From contig OY729428.2 in NCBI GenBank assembly GCA_963422375.2, forward strand, positions 2,496,001-2,560,000: a stretch of 64,000 bases of DNA. The letters are read 5' to 3'. The stretch is from Bryobacterales bacterium (GTDB lineage: Bacteria > Acidobacteriota > Terriglobia > Bryobacterales > UBA6623). Each line of letters starts with the position of its first letter. The first letter of the stretch is position 1. Both the position numbers and the translations under genes were made by a program. The notes below the pieces were generated by a model, which saw only the letters and a list, made by a program, of their open reading frames with translations, was not told the DNA's origin and did no database searches. Below are positions 51,145 to 61,397 of this stretch, piece after piece.

Positions 51145-51691
51145 TCCCGCGGGAAAACGTCACCGGTCCAGTCGAGTCATTCGCCAAGATCCGAGGAACA
51201 CTGTCAACAAATTTAGCGTCGCTTTAGGCATCACCTAGCAGACCAATCTGACCCGATATCCCGCCATCTTGTGCCTTCTTTGCAGCGACCATTCCGTGTA
51301 CTACATGCGATGGTTAATGGAGACTTCCGTATCAATAATCGATCCATAACAGCGCGCATAGCCGTTCTCTGTCGCGTAATTCACGGCCGCTCTTGTCGCA
51401 GAAAGCGATGCATGCGCATCGGGCCAGCGTCCAGAACAGGTGCCTACTCCCAGTAGGAGATGACCATTGAAGAGAATTCCCGTTCCGCATGCGAAGCGAG
51501 TGTTAAGACCACAGTAGGACCACTGCCGGGCCACTCGGAAGGCTGCACGCAACCGACGCGAAGAGGTGGGTCTCCGCTTCCGCCAGCAAGGTCGCCGACA
51601 CAACATCCGAGCAACCGACGGAGTCGCGGCGCATCTTGAAGGTCGCGGCGAGGAAGCCTCGGGCAGTGGAGATCCGATGTCCCGCTGCGCC

Positions 51692-52984
51692 TCACCAGAC
51701 GCGCAGGGCGTCGCGAAACATCGCGGCCAGATCCGCCTCGTCAAATGGGCGCGGCGAGAGCTTCGTGACACGATGCTGCGGGAGCGTGCCTCGCACGAGC
51801 TCCGGGATTTCGGCCTCGGTGTACCCCAGCCCGGCCAGTCCGTTGGGCACCCCTAGCCGCCGCATGAACCCAATGATGGCGTCCGCCAGCGCGTCGCCCG
51901 CCTCCTCGGGGGGCACGGCGTCCGCCTCGACCCCCAGAGCGGCTGCCGCCGCGAGGTGCCTGCGCGGCGCGGCCGGGGCCGTGAACCGGAACACGGCGGG
52001 CGCGTTGAGGATAACCGAGACCCCGTGAGGAACCATTGCGTGGCCGGTCGGGTAACCCGGCATGCGAAACTCCCGCACCATGCCCGAGACCGGGTACGAC
52101 ATCCCGTGCGGCAGATGCACGCCCGCGTTCCCGAAACCGATGCCGGCGTACGATGCAGCCAGCAGCATCATGCCGCGGGCCTCGTCGTCCGACGGATCCT
52201 CGACGGCCCGCGGCAGGTACGTCCGGACCATCCGCAGGGCCTCCAGCGCCCACAGATCGCTGATCGGATTCGCCCCTTGGTAGGCGGGCCGGTACTTGGG
52301 CCGCGCCGGCGCGGGCCGACGTCTGAAGTCCATCGCCGTGTAGGACTCGATCGCGTGGGACAGGACGTCCAAGCCGGTCGAGGCCGCGACCGCGGCCGGA
52401 AGCGACCGCGTGTTGTCCGGGTCCAGCAGCCCGAGCGTCGGCTTGAGGCCCCGGTCGGCGATGCCCGTCTTCGCATGCATTTCGACGAGGTCGAAGATCG
52501 CGACGCCCGTCGTCTCGCTCCCCGTGCCCGCCGTCGTGGGGATCGCGAAGAGCGGCTTCAGGGGTCCCGGGACGGGCACCCCCTTCCCGATGGGCGGGTT
52601 GACGTAGTCCAGAAAGTCGGCCGGATACGTCGAATACAGATTCGCCGCCTTGGCGGTGTCGATCGTGGACCCGCCCCCCACGGCGACGAACGCCTCCGGG
52701 GCTGCATCCGTCGCAGTGCGGATGGCATCCAGGAAGGACCGGTCCGTGGGCTCCACCTCGACGCACGCGTACACCGTCGCGCGGACGCCCGCCCGGTCCA
52801 GAGAGGCGAGGGCCGTACGCACCGGATGCAGGTCGGCCAGGTACGGGTCGGTGAATAGGAGCGCGCTGCGGATGCCTCGGTCCGCGAGGTCCGGCCCCAG
52901 TTCCCGCGTGACGCCGGCGCCGAAGCGAATGTTGGAAGTCGCGAGCTCGACCGCCCTCTCCGAGATTCCGTTGGATTCCGTCAT
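51692..52984 (-). CDS. Hydroxyacid-oxoacid transhydrogenase (Fe-ADH family)
   Basis: VEPTDRSF, GGGSTIDTAK, PTTAGTGSETT, RPAYQGANPISD, GVHLPHGMSYPV. Confidence 0.9.
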   Translation of the reverse strand: MTESNGISERAVELATSNIRFGAGVTRELGPDLADRGIRSALLFTDPYLADLHPVRTALASLDRAGVRATVYACVEVEPTDRSFLDAIRTATDAAPEAFVAVGGGSTIDTAKAANLYSTYPADFLDYVNPPIGKGVPVPGPLKPLFAIPTTAGTGSETTGVAIFDLVEMHAKTGIADRGLKPTLGLLDPDNTRSLPAAVAASTGLDVLSHAIESYTAMDFRRRPAPARPKYRPAYQGANPISDLWALEALRMVRTYLPRAVEDPSDDEARGMMLLAASYAGIGFGNAGVHLPHGMSYPVSGMVREFRMPGYPTGHAMVPHGVSVILNAPAVFRFTAPAAPRRHLAAAAALGVEADAVPPEEAGDALADAIIGFMRRLGVPNGLAGLGYTEAEIPELVRGTLPQHRVTKLSPRPFDEADLAAMFRDALRVW

Positions 52985-52990
52985 GTCCGT

Positions 52991-53221
52991 TCAGTTTGCT
53001 CCGAGACGCCGGATGCAGGCCGGATCGAAGCGATGCCGGAACAGCTCCAGCGCGCCCGCCATGGCCACGGGGACGTGCCAGCCGTAGCGGTCGCACAGGT
53101 CGCGATCAGAGTCGACGTCGACTTCCTCGATCTCCAATTCCGGAAGGGCAGCCTCGAGCGCCCGTCTGGCGTCCTCGCAGAGATAGCAGCCGGGCCGGGA
53201 GTACAGCGTTACCCGCGGCAT
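52991..53221 (-). CDS. Glutaredoxin-like protein (DUF836)
   Basis: LYSRPGCYLC, RYGWHVPV. Confidence 0.85.
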   Translation of the reverse strand: MPRVTLYSRPGCYLCEDARRALEAALPELEIEEVDVDSDRDLCDRYGWHVPVAMAGALELFRHRFDPACIRRLGAN

Positions 53222-53263
53222 GCCGCTCCCAGTATGACAGCGGCGGCGCGCCAGCTAGGGCCC

Positions 53264-53956
53264 TCACCCGCGCCACGTGCGCGTCCAAACCCGCCGTCGC
53301 GGCCGCGTCAGGACGATGAGCACTCCCGCCACGAACCCTCCGATGTGCGCCCACCACGCCACGCCCCCGCCCGCCCCGCCGCCGGTCCCGCTGTATACCT
53401 GAATCGCGAACCAGTAGGTCAGCATCAGGAAGGCCGGAAGCTCCACGGTGGTCCAGATGATGACGATCGGGAGCAGCACACTGACGCGGGCGCGCGGAAA
53501 TCGGATCAAGTACGCTCCCATGACGCCCGCGATCGCCCCGCTGGCGCCGACCATCGGGATGTTCGACCCGAAGTCCGCAGCGTACTGCGCGAGGGCCGCG
53601 GCGAATCCGCAGGCGATGTAGAAGAGCAGGAAGGTCAGGTGGCCCAGCTCGTCCTCCACGTTGTCGCCGAATATCCACAGGAACCACACGTTTCCGAGCA
53701 GGTGCAGCCACCCGCCGTGCAGGAACATCGAGGTCAGGAAGGGCAGCAGTCCGCCGACCACAGGGCCGGTCAGCGTGAGCGCCCCGCTGACGCGCTCGGG
53801 AATCAGCGCGTACGCCCCGACGAAGGCCATCTCGGTCGGAGGCGACTCGAACCAGAGGGCGAACTGGTAGATGTACACGACGACGTTCGCGGCAATCAGC
53901 AGGCCCGTGACGACCGGAACAGTCAGGCGCGGCGCGTCGTCCCGAAGCGGAATCAT
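53264..53956 (-). CDS. Rhomboid intramembrane serine protease
   Basis: SMFLHGGWLHLLGN, FGDNVED, GASG, VAWWAHIGGF. Confidence 0.93.
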   Translation of the reverse strand: MIPLRDDAPRLTVPVVTGLLIAANVVVYIYQFALWFESPPTEMAFVGAYALIPERVSGALTLTGPVVGGLLPFLTSMFLHGGWLHLLGNVWFLWIFGDNVEDELGHLTFLLFYIACGFAAALAQYAADFGSNIPMVGASGAIAGVMGAYLIRFPRARVSVLLPIVIIWTTVELPAFLMLTYWFAIQVYSGTGGGAGGGVAWWAHIGGFVAGVLIVLTRPRRRVWTRTWRG

Positions 53957-53972
53957 CCCTTGCCCCCTGCGC

Positions 53973-54926
53973 TCAACCGCCCGACCGGCGGGTCAGGAAC
54001 TCCGGCTTCGACCGGCGCTCGCCGGTCGCGATCAGGCGGCGCGCCGCCTTGATGCCGCCGATCCCACCCTGCGCTCCCAGCGCCTTGCAGTTCAGCGCTG
54101 CCATCGCGTTCGACAGTTCCAAGGCGTCCTTGATGGAGAAGTCCTTCACCACGGCGTAGCAGAATGCGCCGTGGAACACGTCACCGGCTCCCGTCGTGTC
54201 TTGGCAGTTCACAACGAAGGCCGGCGAATAATGGAACCTACCGTCCGCCAGCGCAAGGGCCCCGTAAGGTCCCAGCGTCATGGCCGCGACCCTCATCCCG
54301 TATTCCCTCTGGATCAGCTCTAGAGCTAGGAACGGATCCCGCTGGCTGGTCCATTCGACCGGAAAGTTCGTGCTGGCGATCAAATAGTCGACGTAGGGCA
54401 GAACCTGGTCGAAGCCGCGGTAGATCGTGTCCACGTCGACAGTGACAGGGATGCCGCCCTCTCGGGCGATGCGCGCCGCCCGCTCCACCGCGGCCGTGTC
54501 ATGCCCGTCGATATGCAGGAGCCTCGCGCATTGGATCTGGTCTGGGGCAATATCTTCGGGAATGATTCGGAGGCAGTCCGGCCGCTGCCACAGGATCGTG
54601 CGCTCCCCGGTGGTCTGGTCGATCACGATGTATGCGGACTGGTTCGGGCAGTCACGCCGGAGCTGGACGTGGGAGATGTCGATGCCTGATTGCTCCAAGC
54701 TCTGCATCAATATGCGGCCGCCCTCGTCGTCGCCGACGCTGCCGATGTACTTGGTCCGAAGCCCGAGCTTCACGCAAGCGACCATAGCGCTGGCCACCTG
54801 CCCCCCAGGGGACCGGATTTCCTTAACGAAGGGCGCCTTGCCCCCGTAGGCCGGGAACTGCGGAACGAGCAGGAGCGTATCCGTGGCATTCAGCCCGACT
54901 CCGACCACATCGAAGGACTTTCCCAT
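53973..54926 (-). CDS. PfkB family carbohydrate kinase
   Basis: GGQVASA, GSVGDD, DTTGAGDVFHG. Confidence 0.9.
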   Translation of the reverse strand: MGKSFDVVGVGLNATDTLLLVPQFPAYGGKAPFVKEIRSPGGQVASAMVACVKLGLRTKYIGSVGDDEGGRILMQSLEQSGIDISHVQLRRDCPNQSAYIVIDQTTGERTILWQRPDCLRIIPEDIAPDQIQCARLLHIDGHDTAAVERAARIAREGGIPVTVDVDTIYRGFDQVLPYVDYLIASTNFPVEWTSQRDPFLALELIQREYGMRVAAMTLGPYGALALADGRFHYSPAFVVNCQDTTGAGDVFHGAFCYAVVKDFSIKDALELSNAMAALNCKALGAQGGIGGIKAARRLIATGERRSKPEFLTRRSGG

Positions 54927-55147
54927 TCCCTAGCCCCTACTCTAGACCCGCCGAGCCGACAACCGCACTGCGCATGCCTGCGCTCCGACTCCGCTGGCCG
55001 TCCGCGACAGTCCTGCCCCATGTCCCGGAACCGTTGCCCCCGAGCGCCGGTGCGCAGGTCGGCGCTGGGGCTACAAGAGGCACCTTGCAACTTACCACGG
55101 ACAGCGCCGGAACGGATTCAGGCCGACCTGCTGATAAACTCCAGTAG

Positions 55148-56392
55148 GTGTCGGCAGCCGTCCACGGAAGAGCCTCGCGGACGGAATCCCCGCCCGAGGG
55201 CTGGCCGGCGCGCATTGCCGCCGTGGACGCCCTTCCGGGCGTCCAGCGCGCGAGCGCCCAAGCGGCTCGCGATCACGCCTGGCTCAATCGACAGCACCTG
55301 GAGCTCTGCCGCGTGCCCGCGCCGACCTTCCAGGAGGCCGAGCGAGCCGAGCACTTGCGCCGCCTATTTGCCCGTCTGGGACACCGACCCAAGATCGACG
55401 CTGCCGGAAACGTGGTCGTTCCGGTGGTGCATGCGGACGGCCTGCCATTCGTCGCCGTGACGGCGCACATGGACACGATCCTCGCGCCCGCCCGCCCGGA
55501 GGACATCAAGGTGGACCTCAACGGGACCATGCGCGGTCCGGGGGTCACGGATAACGGCACGGGCCTCGCGGCCTTGGTGGCGCTGGCCAAGCTGCTGATC
55601 CGCCCGCTCGTCGAAGGTCCGGCCCGCAATACCTTGCTGGTGGCGAACGTGGCCGAGGAGGGCGAGGGGAACCTTCACGGCATGCGGTACGTCGCGAGGC
55701 ACTCGCCGTACGCCGACAGCATCGACCGGTACCTAGTCGTGGACGGGGCCTCGATCAGCCATATCACCACGGCCGCCCTCGGGAGCCAGAGATTCGAACT
55801 CTTGATCGAGGGATCCGGCGGGCACAGCTGGAATGACTACGGCCGCGCGAACCCCGTCCACGCGCTGGCCCGGGCGGTCAGCCTCATGACGCAGGCGCGA
55901 CTGCCGTCGAATCCCCGCACGACGCTGAGCGTGGGCGTGATCGCCGGCGGGACGAGCGTGAACGCCATCCCCAGCTCGGCCAAAGCCAAGATCGACGTGC
56001 GCTCGGTGGACGAGTCGAGCATTCTCAAGGCAAGGCAGATCGTCGAGAATAGCGCGCGAGCGGCCGTGCTCGCCGAAAACAAGCGCGCAACGAACAGGCT
56101 GAGCCGCTTCCAGCTGCGCGAGATCGGCAGCCGGCCCGCGGCGCGCCCACTCGTGCGCAACCCGGTAGCGGACTGCTTCCTAGCCGTCGACTCGCACCTG
56201 CGCATCCCGTCCACCTTCGACTGCGCGTCAACCGACGCCAACGTGCCGCTAGCCGCCGGCGTGCCGACCGTCGCTGTCGGCTCGGGCGGCCGCGGCGGGA
56301 ACGCCCACGCCCCCGGAGAATGGTACGACCCCCAAGGACGGGAGCTGGGACTCCGGCGACTGGTCCTAGCACTCGCCTGCCTGCAGCAATGA
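55148..56392 (+). CDS. M20/M25/M40 family metallo-hydrolase
   Basis: TAHMDT, GPGVTDN, AEEGEGNL, GGHSW, STDAN, AH...E. Confidence 0.88.
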   Translation: MSAAVHGRASRTESPPEGWPARIAAVDALPGVQRASAQAARDHAWLNRQHLELCRVPAPTFQEAERAEHLRRLFARLGHRPKIDAAGNVVVPVVHADGLPFVAVTAHMDTILAPARPEDIKVDLNGTMRGPGVTDNGTGLAALVALAKLLIRPLVEGPARNTLLVANVAEEGEGNLHGMRYVARHSPYADSIDRYLVVDGASISHITTAALGSQRFELLIEGSGGHSWNDYGRANPVHALARAVSLMTQARLPSNPRTTLSVGVIAGGTSVNAIPSSAKAKIDVRSVDESSILKARQIVENSARAAVLAENKRATNRLSRFQLREIGSRPAARPLVRNPVADCFLAVDSHLRIPSTFDCASTDANVPLAAGVPTVAVGSGGRGGNAHAPGEWYDPQGRELGLRRLVLALACLQQ

Positions 56393-57465
56393 CGGCACCC
56401 ACTCCTCGGGGATCGAACCGGCCGCAACGCAGCCGCCTGGCGGCCACGGGCTCCGGCCGGCCCCCCGCCCCGCGCGCCGTCACGCTGGCGACGGTCGCCG
56501 CGAGCCTCGTCGCCGTCGGCGCGGCCTGCTCCACGAGCCACCGGCTCATGATCGGCGAGTCGATCCGTGTCGAACAGGACGAGGTCCTCGCGCAAGTGAC
56601 CTGCATCGCCTGCTCCATCCAAGTAGACGGAGTCGTGACCGACACCGCCGTCCTGGTGCTGGGCCGGCTGGCAATCCGCGGCGAAGTGCGGGGGACCGCC
56701 ACCGTGGTCGGCGGCACGCTGGAGTCTAGCGGCGAGATCGGCGGGGATTCCGTCGTGATCGCCGGCAACATGCGGCTCCTCGGAAGCGTCGGCGGCGACG
56801 CCATCGCCGTGCTGGGCAACATCCAGGCCGATGCGCCGGACCTGCGGGTCGACGGCAGCGTCTTCACGGTGATGGGGCGGGCGATCGGACTCTCGCCCAG
56901 CTCCGTCGGCGGCACGGTCGAGCAGGTCGGCGAGGAGCGGCTCGGCCAGCTAGTGCTGTCGGGCGTCCTGATCGCGCTGCTAATTCTGGCCGTGGTGCTC
57001 CTAGCGCTGCTCGCGGGCCTGAACATCGTGGCCTACCTCGTCCTAGGTTCGGAGCGTGTCGAGACGATCGGGCATTCACTCAACGGCAGTCCGGCCGCTT
57101 GCTTCCTTGGCGGCTTGGCCACGTGCTTCGCGCTCTTCGTGATCGGTCTCGTCGTGGCGGTGCTGCTGCCCGTCTCGCTCCCGATCATGCTGGTGTTCCT
57201 AGCGGTGTCGGTCGCGGGCTACAGCGGGCTGAGCTACTCCATCGGCCGCAACCTGCTACCGAAGTGGTCTCCTTTCGCCTCGACGGTCGCGGCCAGCGCG
57301 ATCATCATCGTGATCCAGCTCATCCCGGTGGTGGGCTGGCTGGTCATGCTCGTGCTCTGGAACATCGCGATCGGCGCGGCCGTGCTGAGCGGCTTCGGCA
57401 CGTCGAAGGACTGGCTGGTGTCCCGAGCGGAAGGCGGTGCGTGGCGGAGAGGACCGGTCCGATGA
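56389..57465 (+). CDS. Membrane protein with beta-helix (polymer-forming cytoskeletal-like) N-terminal repeats
   Basis: Repeated G.V.G...V.GG units followed by 5-6 TM segments (LIPVVGWLV). Confidence 0.7.
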   Translation: MTAPTPRGSNRPQRSRLAATGSGRPPAPRAVTLATVAASLVAVGAACSTSHRLMIGESIRVEQDEVLAQVTCIACSIQVDGVVTDTAVLVLGRLAIRGEVRGTATVVGGTLESSGEIGGDSVVIAGNMRLLGSVGGDAIAVLGNIQADAPDLRVDGSVFTVMGRAIGLSPSSVGGTVEQVGEERLGQLVLSGVLIALLILAVVLLALLAGLNIVAYLVLGSERVETIGHSLNGSPAACFLGGLATCFALFVIGLVVAVLLPVSLPIMLVFLAVSVAGYSGLSYSIGRNLLPKWSPFASTVAASAIIIVIQLIPVVGWLVMLVLWNIAIGAAVLSGFGTSKDWLVSRAEGGAWRRGPVR

Positions 57466-57493
57466 GATTCCCCGAGTCCGCACGGGACTTGCG

Positions 57494-58400
57494 ATGAGCG
57501 CGATCCATGTAGTCGGCAGCCTGAACGCCGACCACATCATCTCGGTCGAGCGGTTGGCCCGAGCCGGCGAGACCGTTTCCGGAGGCGGCCTGCGCCTGTA
57601 TTCCTGCGGCAAGGGTGCGAATCAAGCGGTGGCGGCAGCGAGGCTAGGCGGACAAGTCCGCATGATCGGCCATGTCGGCAAGGACCTGCACGGGGACTTC
57701 CTCGTCGAGAGCCTGCGCCGGGCCGGCGTGGACACTCACGGAGTGGGGGAGGCGCGACACCGAGAGCGGGTTGGCTTGGATCCAAGTCCTGCCCGGCAGG
57801 GCGAACGCCATCGTCGTCTCGCCCGGCGCCAATGCCGCGCTGACCCCGGGTACGGTCGAGACCCTGCTCGAGTCCGTCAGAGAAGGCGACTTCGTGCTCT
57901 GCCAGCTGGAGGTCCCGCTCGAGGCCGTCGAGACGGCGTTGCGGCTCGCAAGGGACCGCAACGCCACAGGCATCCTGGATCCCGCGCCAGCGCGCCCCCT
58001 CAGCGCGTCGTTCCTCGGCCTCGCCGGGATCGTCACCCCGAACGAGACGGAAGTCGCGCGACTCTTCGATACGAAGCACCTCTCCCCCTCGCTGGCTACC
58101 GTCGCGCTGCCCCTCGCCGGCACGCCCCGAGCGGTGGTCAAGAACGGCAAGGACGGCACGTGGATCTGCGACGGCGCAGGCAGCCGCCACATTCCGGCCT
58201 TCGAGGTGGAGGCGGTCGACTCGACCGCGGCGGGAGACACGTTCAACGGAGCGCTGGCCGTCACCCTGAGCGAGGGACTGAGGTTCGACGAGGCCGCGAG
58301 GTTCGCCGCAGCCGCAGCGGCGGTCTGCGTCACGCGCGCAGGGGCCCAAGCTTCCTGCCCCGCGAGGCAGGAAGTGGATGCGCTGCTCGCGGGCGAATAG
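57494..58400 (+). pseudogene. rbsK: Ribokinase, frameshifted near 57755 (or sequencing error)
   Basis: First frame VVGSLNAD, GKGANQAVAAARLG; second frame SG.A.I, PGANA, QLEVP, TPNETE, DSTAAGDTFNG. Confidence 0.85.
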
Positions 58401-58469
58401 GGCGCAGCCTGCAGGCGGCCATGCGGCGGGTGCCAGGGCCGTTGCTGCTACGGTAGGAGAGGTTCTTGC

Positions 58470-59882
58470 TTGCCCCGGACAAAGCCACAGACTCCCCGCG
58501 TCAGTCCTGAGTTAGTTGCCAGCCCCAACCAGCTCGAGGCGCTGGCGCGGCGCTTGGCGCAAGAGCCGCTGATTGCGTTCGACACGGAGTTCCTCTGGGA
58601 GCGAACCTACTCGCCGCGTCTCGGGCTCATCCAGGTGGCCGGCCCGGACGCGGTGTGGCTCGTTGACCCGCTGGCACTCTCGCGCCCCCAGATGGAGCCC
58701 CTGCTGGAAGTGCTGGTTGCGGCCGAAACGCTAAAGGTCGCGCACGCTATCGATCAGGACCAGATCTGCCTGCATCGCTCGTACGGTGTCGTAGCCAAGC
58801 CTGTTCTTGACACGGCGGTCGCCGCGGCCATGACCGGCATGGGGGACCAGATCGGGCTTTCGACCCTCTTGAAGAAGCTGCTGAGAGTCGACATCGACAA
58901 GGGCTACACCCGCACGAACTGGCTCAAGCGGCCGCTGCCAGCCGAGATGATGCAGTACGCGGCGGACGACGTGGTCCACCTGCCAAGGGTCGCGGACAAG
59001 CTGCTCCGGCGTCTGCGCGAACTCCAGCGCGAGGAGTGGGCTCTGGAGCTGTCGGGCCAGGCCGGAGCGTTCGCCCAAGCCCAGTTCGAGCCTCATGCAG
59101 TCGCTAGGAAGATTGCCGAGGGGCGGGGACTGGACGAGAGCACGTACGGGGTGCTGCGGGAGCTGGTCGCGTGGAGGGAGCGCGAAGCCGACCGGATCGA
59201 CAAGCCCCGGCGGTGGCTCGCCGAAGACAAGATCTTGGTTAAGCTGGCGCAGGCTCGCCCGTCGAGCGTCGCGCAGCTGGCGGACTTCCGGGGCCTGAGC
59301 GTGTCCAACCGTTCCAACGGAGCAGGCAGGGTCGTGCAAGCGATCGAGAAGGGCCTGAATGCCTCGCCTGACGGGTACAAGCGGCCCCAGCGCCAGCGGA
59401 ACCCGACCCCGAGGGAATCAGCCGCGATGGTGGTTCTGAGGTGCTTTCTGAACGCGCTGGCCGCCGACAACCAGATTCCAGTGCGCCTGCTGGTTGACAA
59501 CGGCGCCATGGTGGATCTCCTACGCGGACGATTCGAGGATGTCGCGCAGCTACGCGATTCGGGCCTCCTGGACGATCGGGTGGTCGACCTTGTCGGAGAG
59601 GACTTAGTAGCAATCCTCGGCGGGCGACGCGGCTTGCGCTTGGTCAACGGTGTGGCCACTCAGCATGACGAATCATGCGACCTGCCTCGCGCGCAGGGCA
59701 CGGACTCGCAACCAGCCGTAGGAACAACTCCCGACGGGCCGGCTGCCGACGGTGGGAAGATCGGCATCCGGGAAGTCCCGCAAGACGGTGATCGCAAGGG
59801 GAAGCCCGCGCCGCGGAGGAGGAGCGCGGTCCCGCTTACCAGAACAAATGGTTCAGGGGGCGCGCAAGCGGCAAAGGACTAG
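58470..59882 (+). CDS. rnd: Ribonuclease D with HRDC domain
   Basis: IAFDTEF.WERTY, LIQVA, DTAVAA, WLKRPL...YAADDV, WREREA...KPR; low-complexity C-terminal tail. Confidence 0.9.
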   Translation: MPRTKPQTPRVSPELVASPNQLEALARRLAQEPLIAFDTEFLWERTYSPRLGLIQVAGPDAVWLVDPLALSRPQMEPLLEVLVAAETLKVAHAIDQDQICLHRSYGVVAKPVLDTAVAAAMTGMGDQIGLSTLLKKLLRVDIDKGYTRTNWLKRPLPAEMMQYAADDVVHLPRVADKLLRRLRELQREEWALELSGQAGAFAQAQFEPHAVARKIAEGRGLDESTYGVLRELVAWREREADRIDKPRRWLAEDKILVKLAQARPSSVAQLADFRGLSVSNRSNGAGRVVQAIEKGLNASPDGYKRPQRQRNPTPRESAAMVVLRCFLNALAADNQIPVRLLVDNGAMVDLLRGRFEDVAQLRDSGLLDDRVVDLVGEDLVAILGGRRGLRLVNGVATQHDESCDLPRAQGTDSQPAVGTTPDGPAADGGKIGIREVPQDGDRKGKPAPRRRSAVPLTRTNGSGGAQAAKD

Positions 59883-60764
59883 GTTGTCCTGATCCAAGTT
59901 GCGCGACCAGATGAAATCGGCCCTTCCGAACTTTTCGGAATAGTTGCGGTACGCGGGCTGGTTCGTTACTGCGCTTGCAGGGTAGGTCGACGCTCCGAGC
60001 CAAGCAGAGTCGTCGAATCCGGGCTCCGCCCAGTCCTGGGGTACCGTGAAGTGAAGGGCCCGGCAGGTGGTCGGGTCGCGTTCCACGCACGGCGGACGCT
60101 CGGGGCAGGCCGATGAATCGGGGCCCGGCTTCACGCAGGAACGGTCCTCTAGAGGGCTGATGTAGAAGGCGCGGCACGTCCAGCCGGATCCGGTCTCCGT
60201 CCCGTCGCTGAACCGGGCAATGAAGCCGCCGTCTCCCACGTTCCAGCGGTCATACTCCATGCCCACTCCGAGATGCGTGCCCCAGTCCACCAGTTTCACG
60301 GCGTAGGTGAACGGGCGCTTCGCCTTGAATCGGACGACACCGGAATTGAACGGAATGAAGCCGATCGGGTCGCGCGCCACGATCGTCCCGTTGACGTACA
60401 GCTCGTAGTAGTTGTCGCCGAAGACGTACCCGGTCACTTCCTCTCCGTCCGGATCGATTACGACGGTCTCGAGATCCTCCAAGTGGGACGGGTTGTGCCC
60501 TTGGCCACTGCAATCGTTGTAGAGGTCGGTCGGATCCGGCCCCGAGGCCGGGACGGCGGGCACCTGCCTGCGCGTGCCGTCAGGGGCGGCAACGAGCCCG
60601 CAGCGCGCCTCCATGAAGCGCCGTGCACTGCCGCTGCACGACCTGGCTAGGTCGCCGCAGGAGAACGCCTCGCTCGCGAGGCCCTGCGTGACCACGCCGG
60701 CGTCATCCGCTTCCTGGGCGGTCAAGCCGCTCGAGACCAAAGCAAGGACAATCAGAAATCGCAT
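59853..60764 (-). CDS. Cys-rich secreted hypothetical protein
   Basis: Signal peptide MRFLIVLAL; DNYYELYVNG, GDGGFIA, FDDSAW, FIW..NL..DNLVLCR. Confidence 0.65.
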   Translation of the reverse strand: MRFLIVLALVSSGLTAQEADDAGVVTQGLASEAFSCGDLARSCSGSARRFMEARCGLVAAPDGTRRQVPAVPASGPDPTDLYNDCSGQGHNPSHLEDLETVVIDPDGEEVTGYVFGDNYYELYVNGTIVARDPIGFIPFNSGVVRFKAKRPFTYAVKLVDWGTHLGVGMEYDRWNVGDGGFIARFSDGTETGSGWTCRAFYISPLEDRSCVKPGPDSSACPERPPCVERDPTTCRALHFTVPQDWAEPGFDDSAWLGASTYPASAVTNQPAYRNYSEKFGRADFIWSRNLDQDNLVLCRLRAP

Positions 60765-61397
60765 CCCTGATAGTGTGACAGAACACCATGCCAGCCTAGT
60801 ACGTGCCCCGCTCCGGGTTTCCGGGCTAGCCATTTGCCTGCAACACGACGCCCGGGCAGGGACTGCAGGAAGCCACTGACACGCTACTTGGCGGGCGCGC
60901 GCAAAGGGACCGGGAGCTAGGCTCGCGCGCCGAGCCGGCTCGGACATCCCGTGATCGTCTGCGATGCCCTAAGCGGGTTGACACCGGCGGATCGTGTGAC
61001 GCGCACCAGCGGCAAGTGTGCCGGGCACGGAACAGCCGGGGCCGATTTCGATGCCGCTGACATGCTTGTACCCCTCCAACGGCCCCGTCGCGCCACTTCG
61101 ATGCCCAGGACTAGGGCTCCGGTCTATCTGTCCCCGACTCAAACCCGCTACGGGACCAATCAGACGGTCGGCATTCTGCCGATCCCGGAGATTGGCTTGT
61201 GAAATGAGAATCCTCCGCCGGTCGGGGACTCGCTCCCCACTTTCAACGCCGGGCGGTCTCGGGCTGCCAAGAACTACCACATCATAGTCAGCCAACCTTC
61301 ACCTTTGCATGGTTTAGATAGTGCTTGTGACAAAACCCCTGAATTCTGGCCTGATCAGCATTTCATACTACATCCTGATGTCCGATGGATCTCCAAA

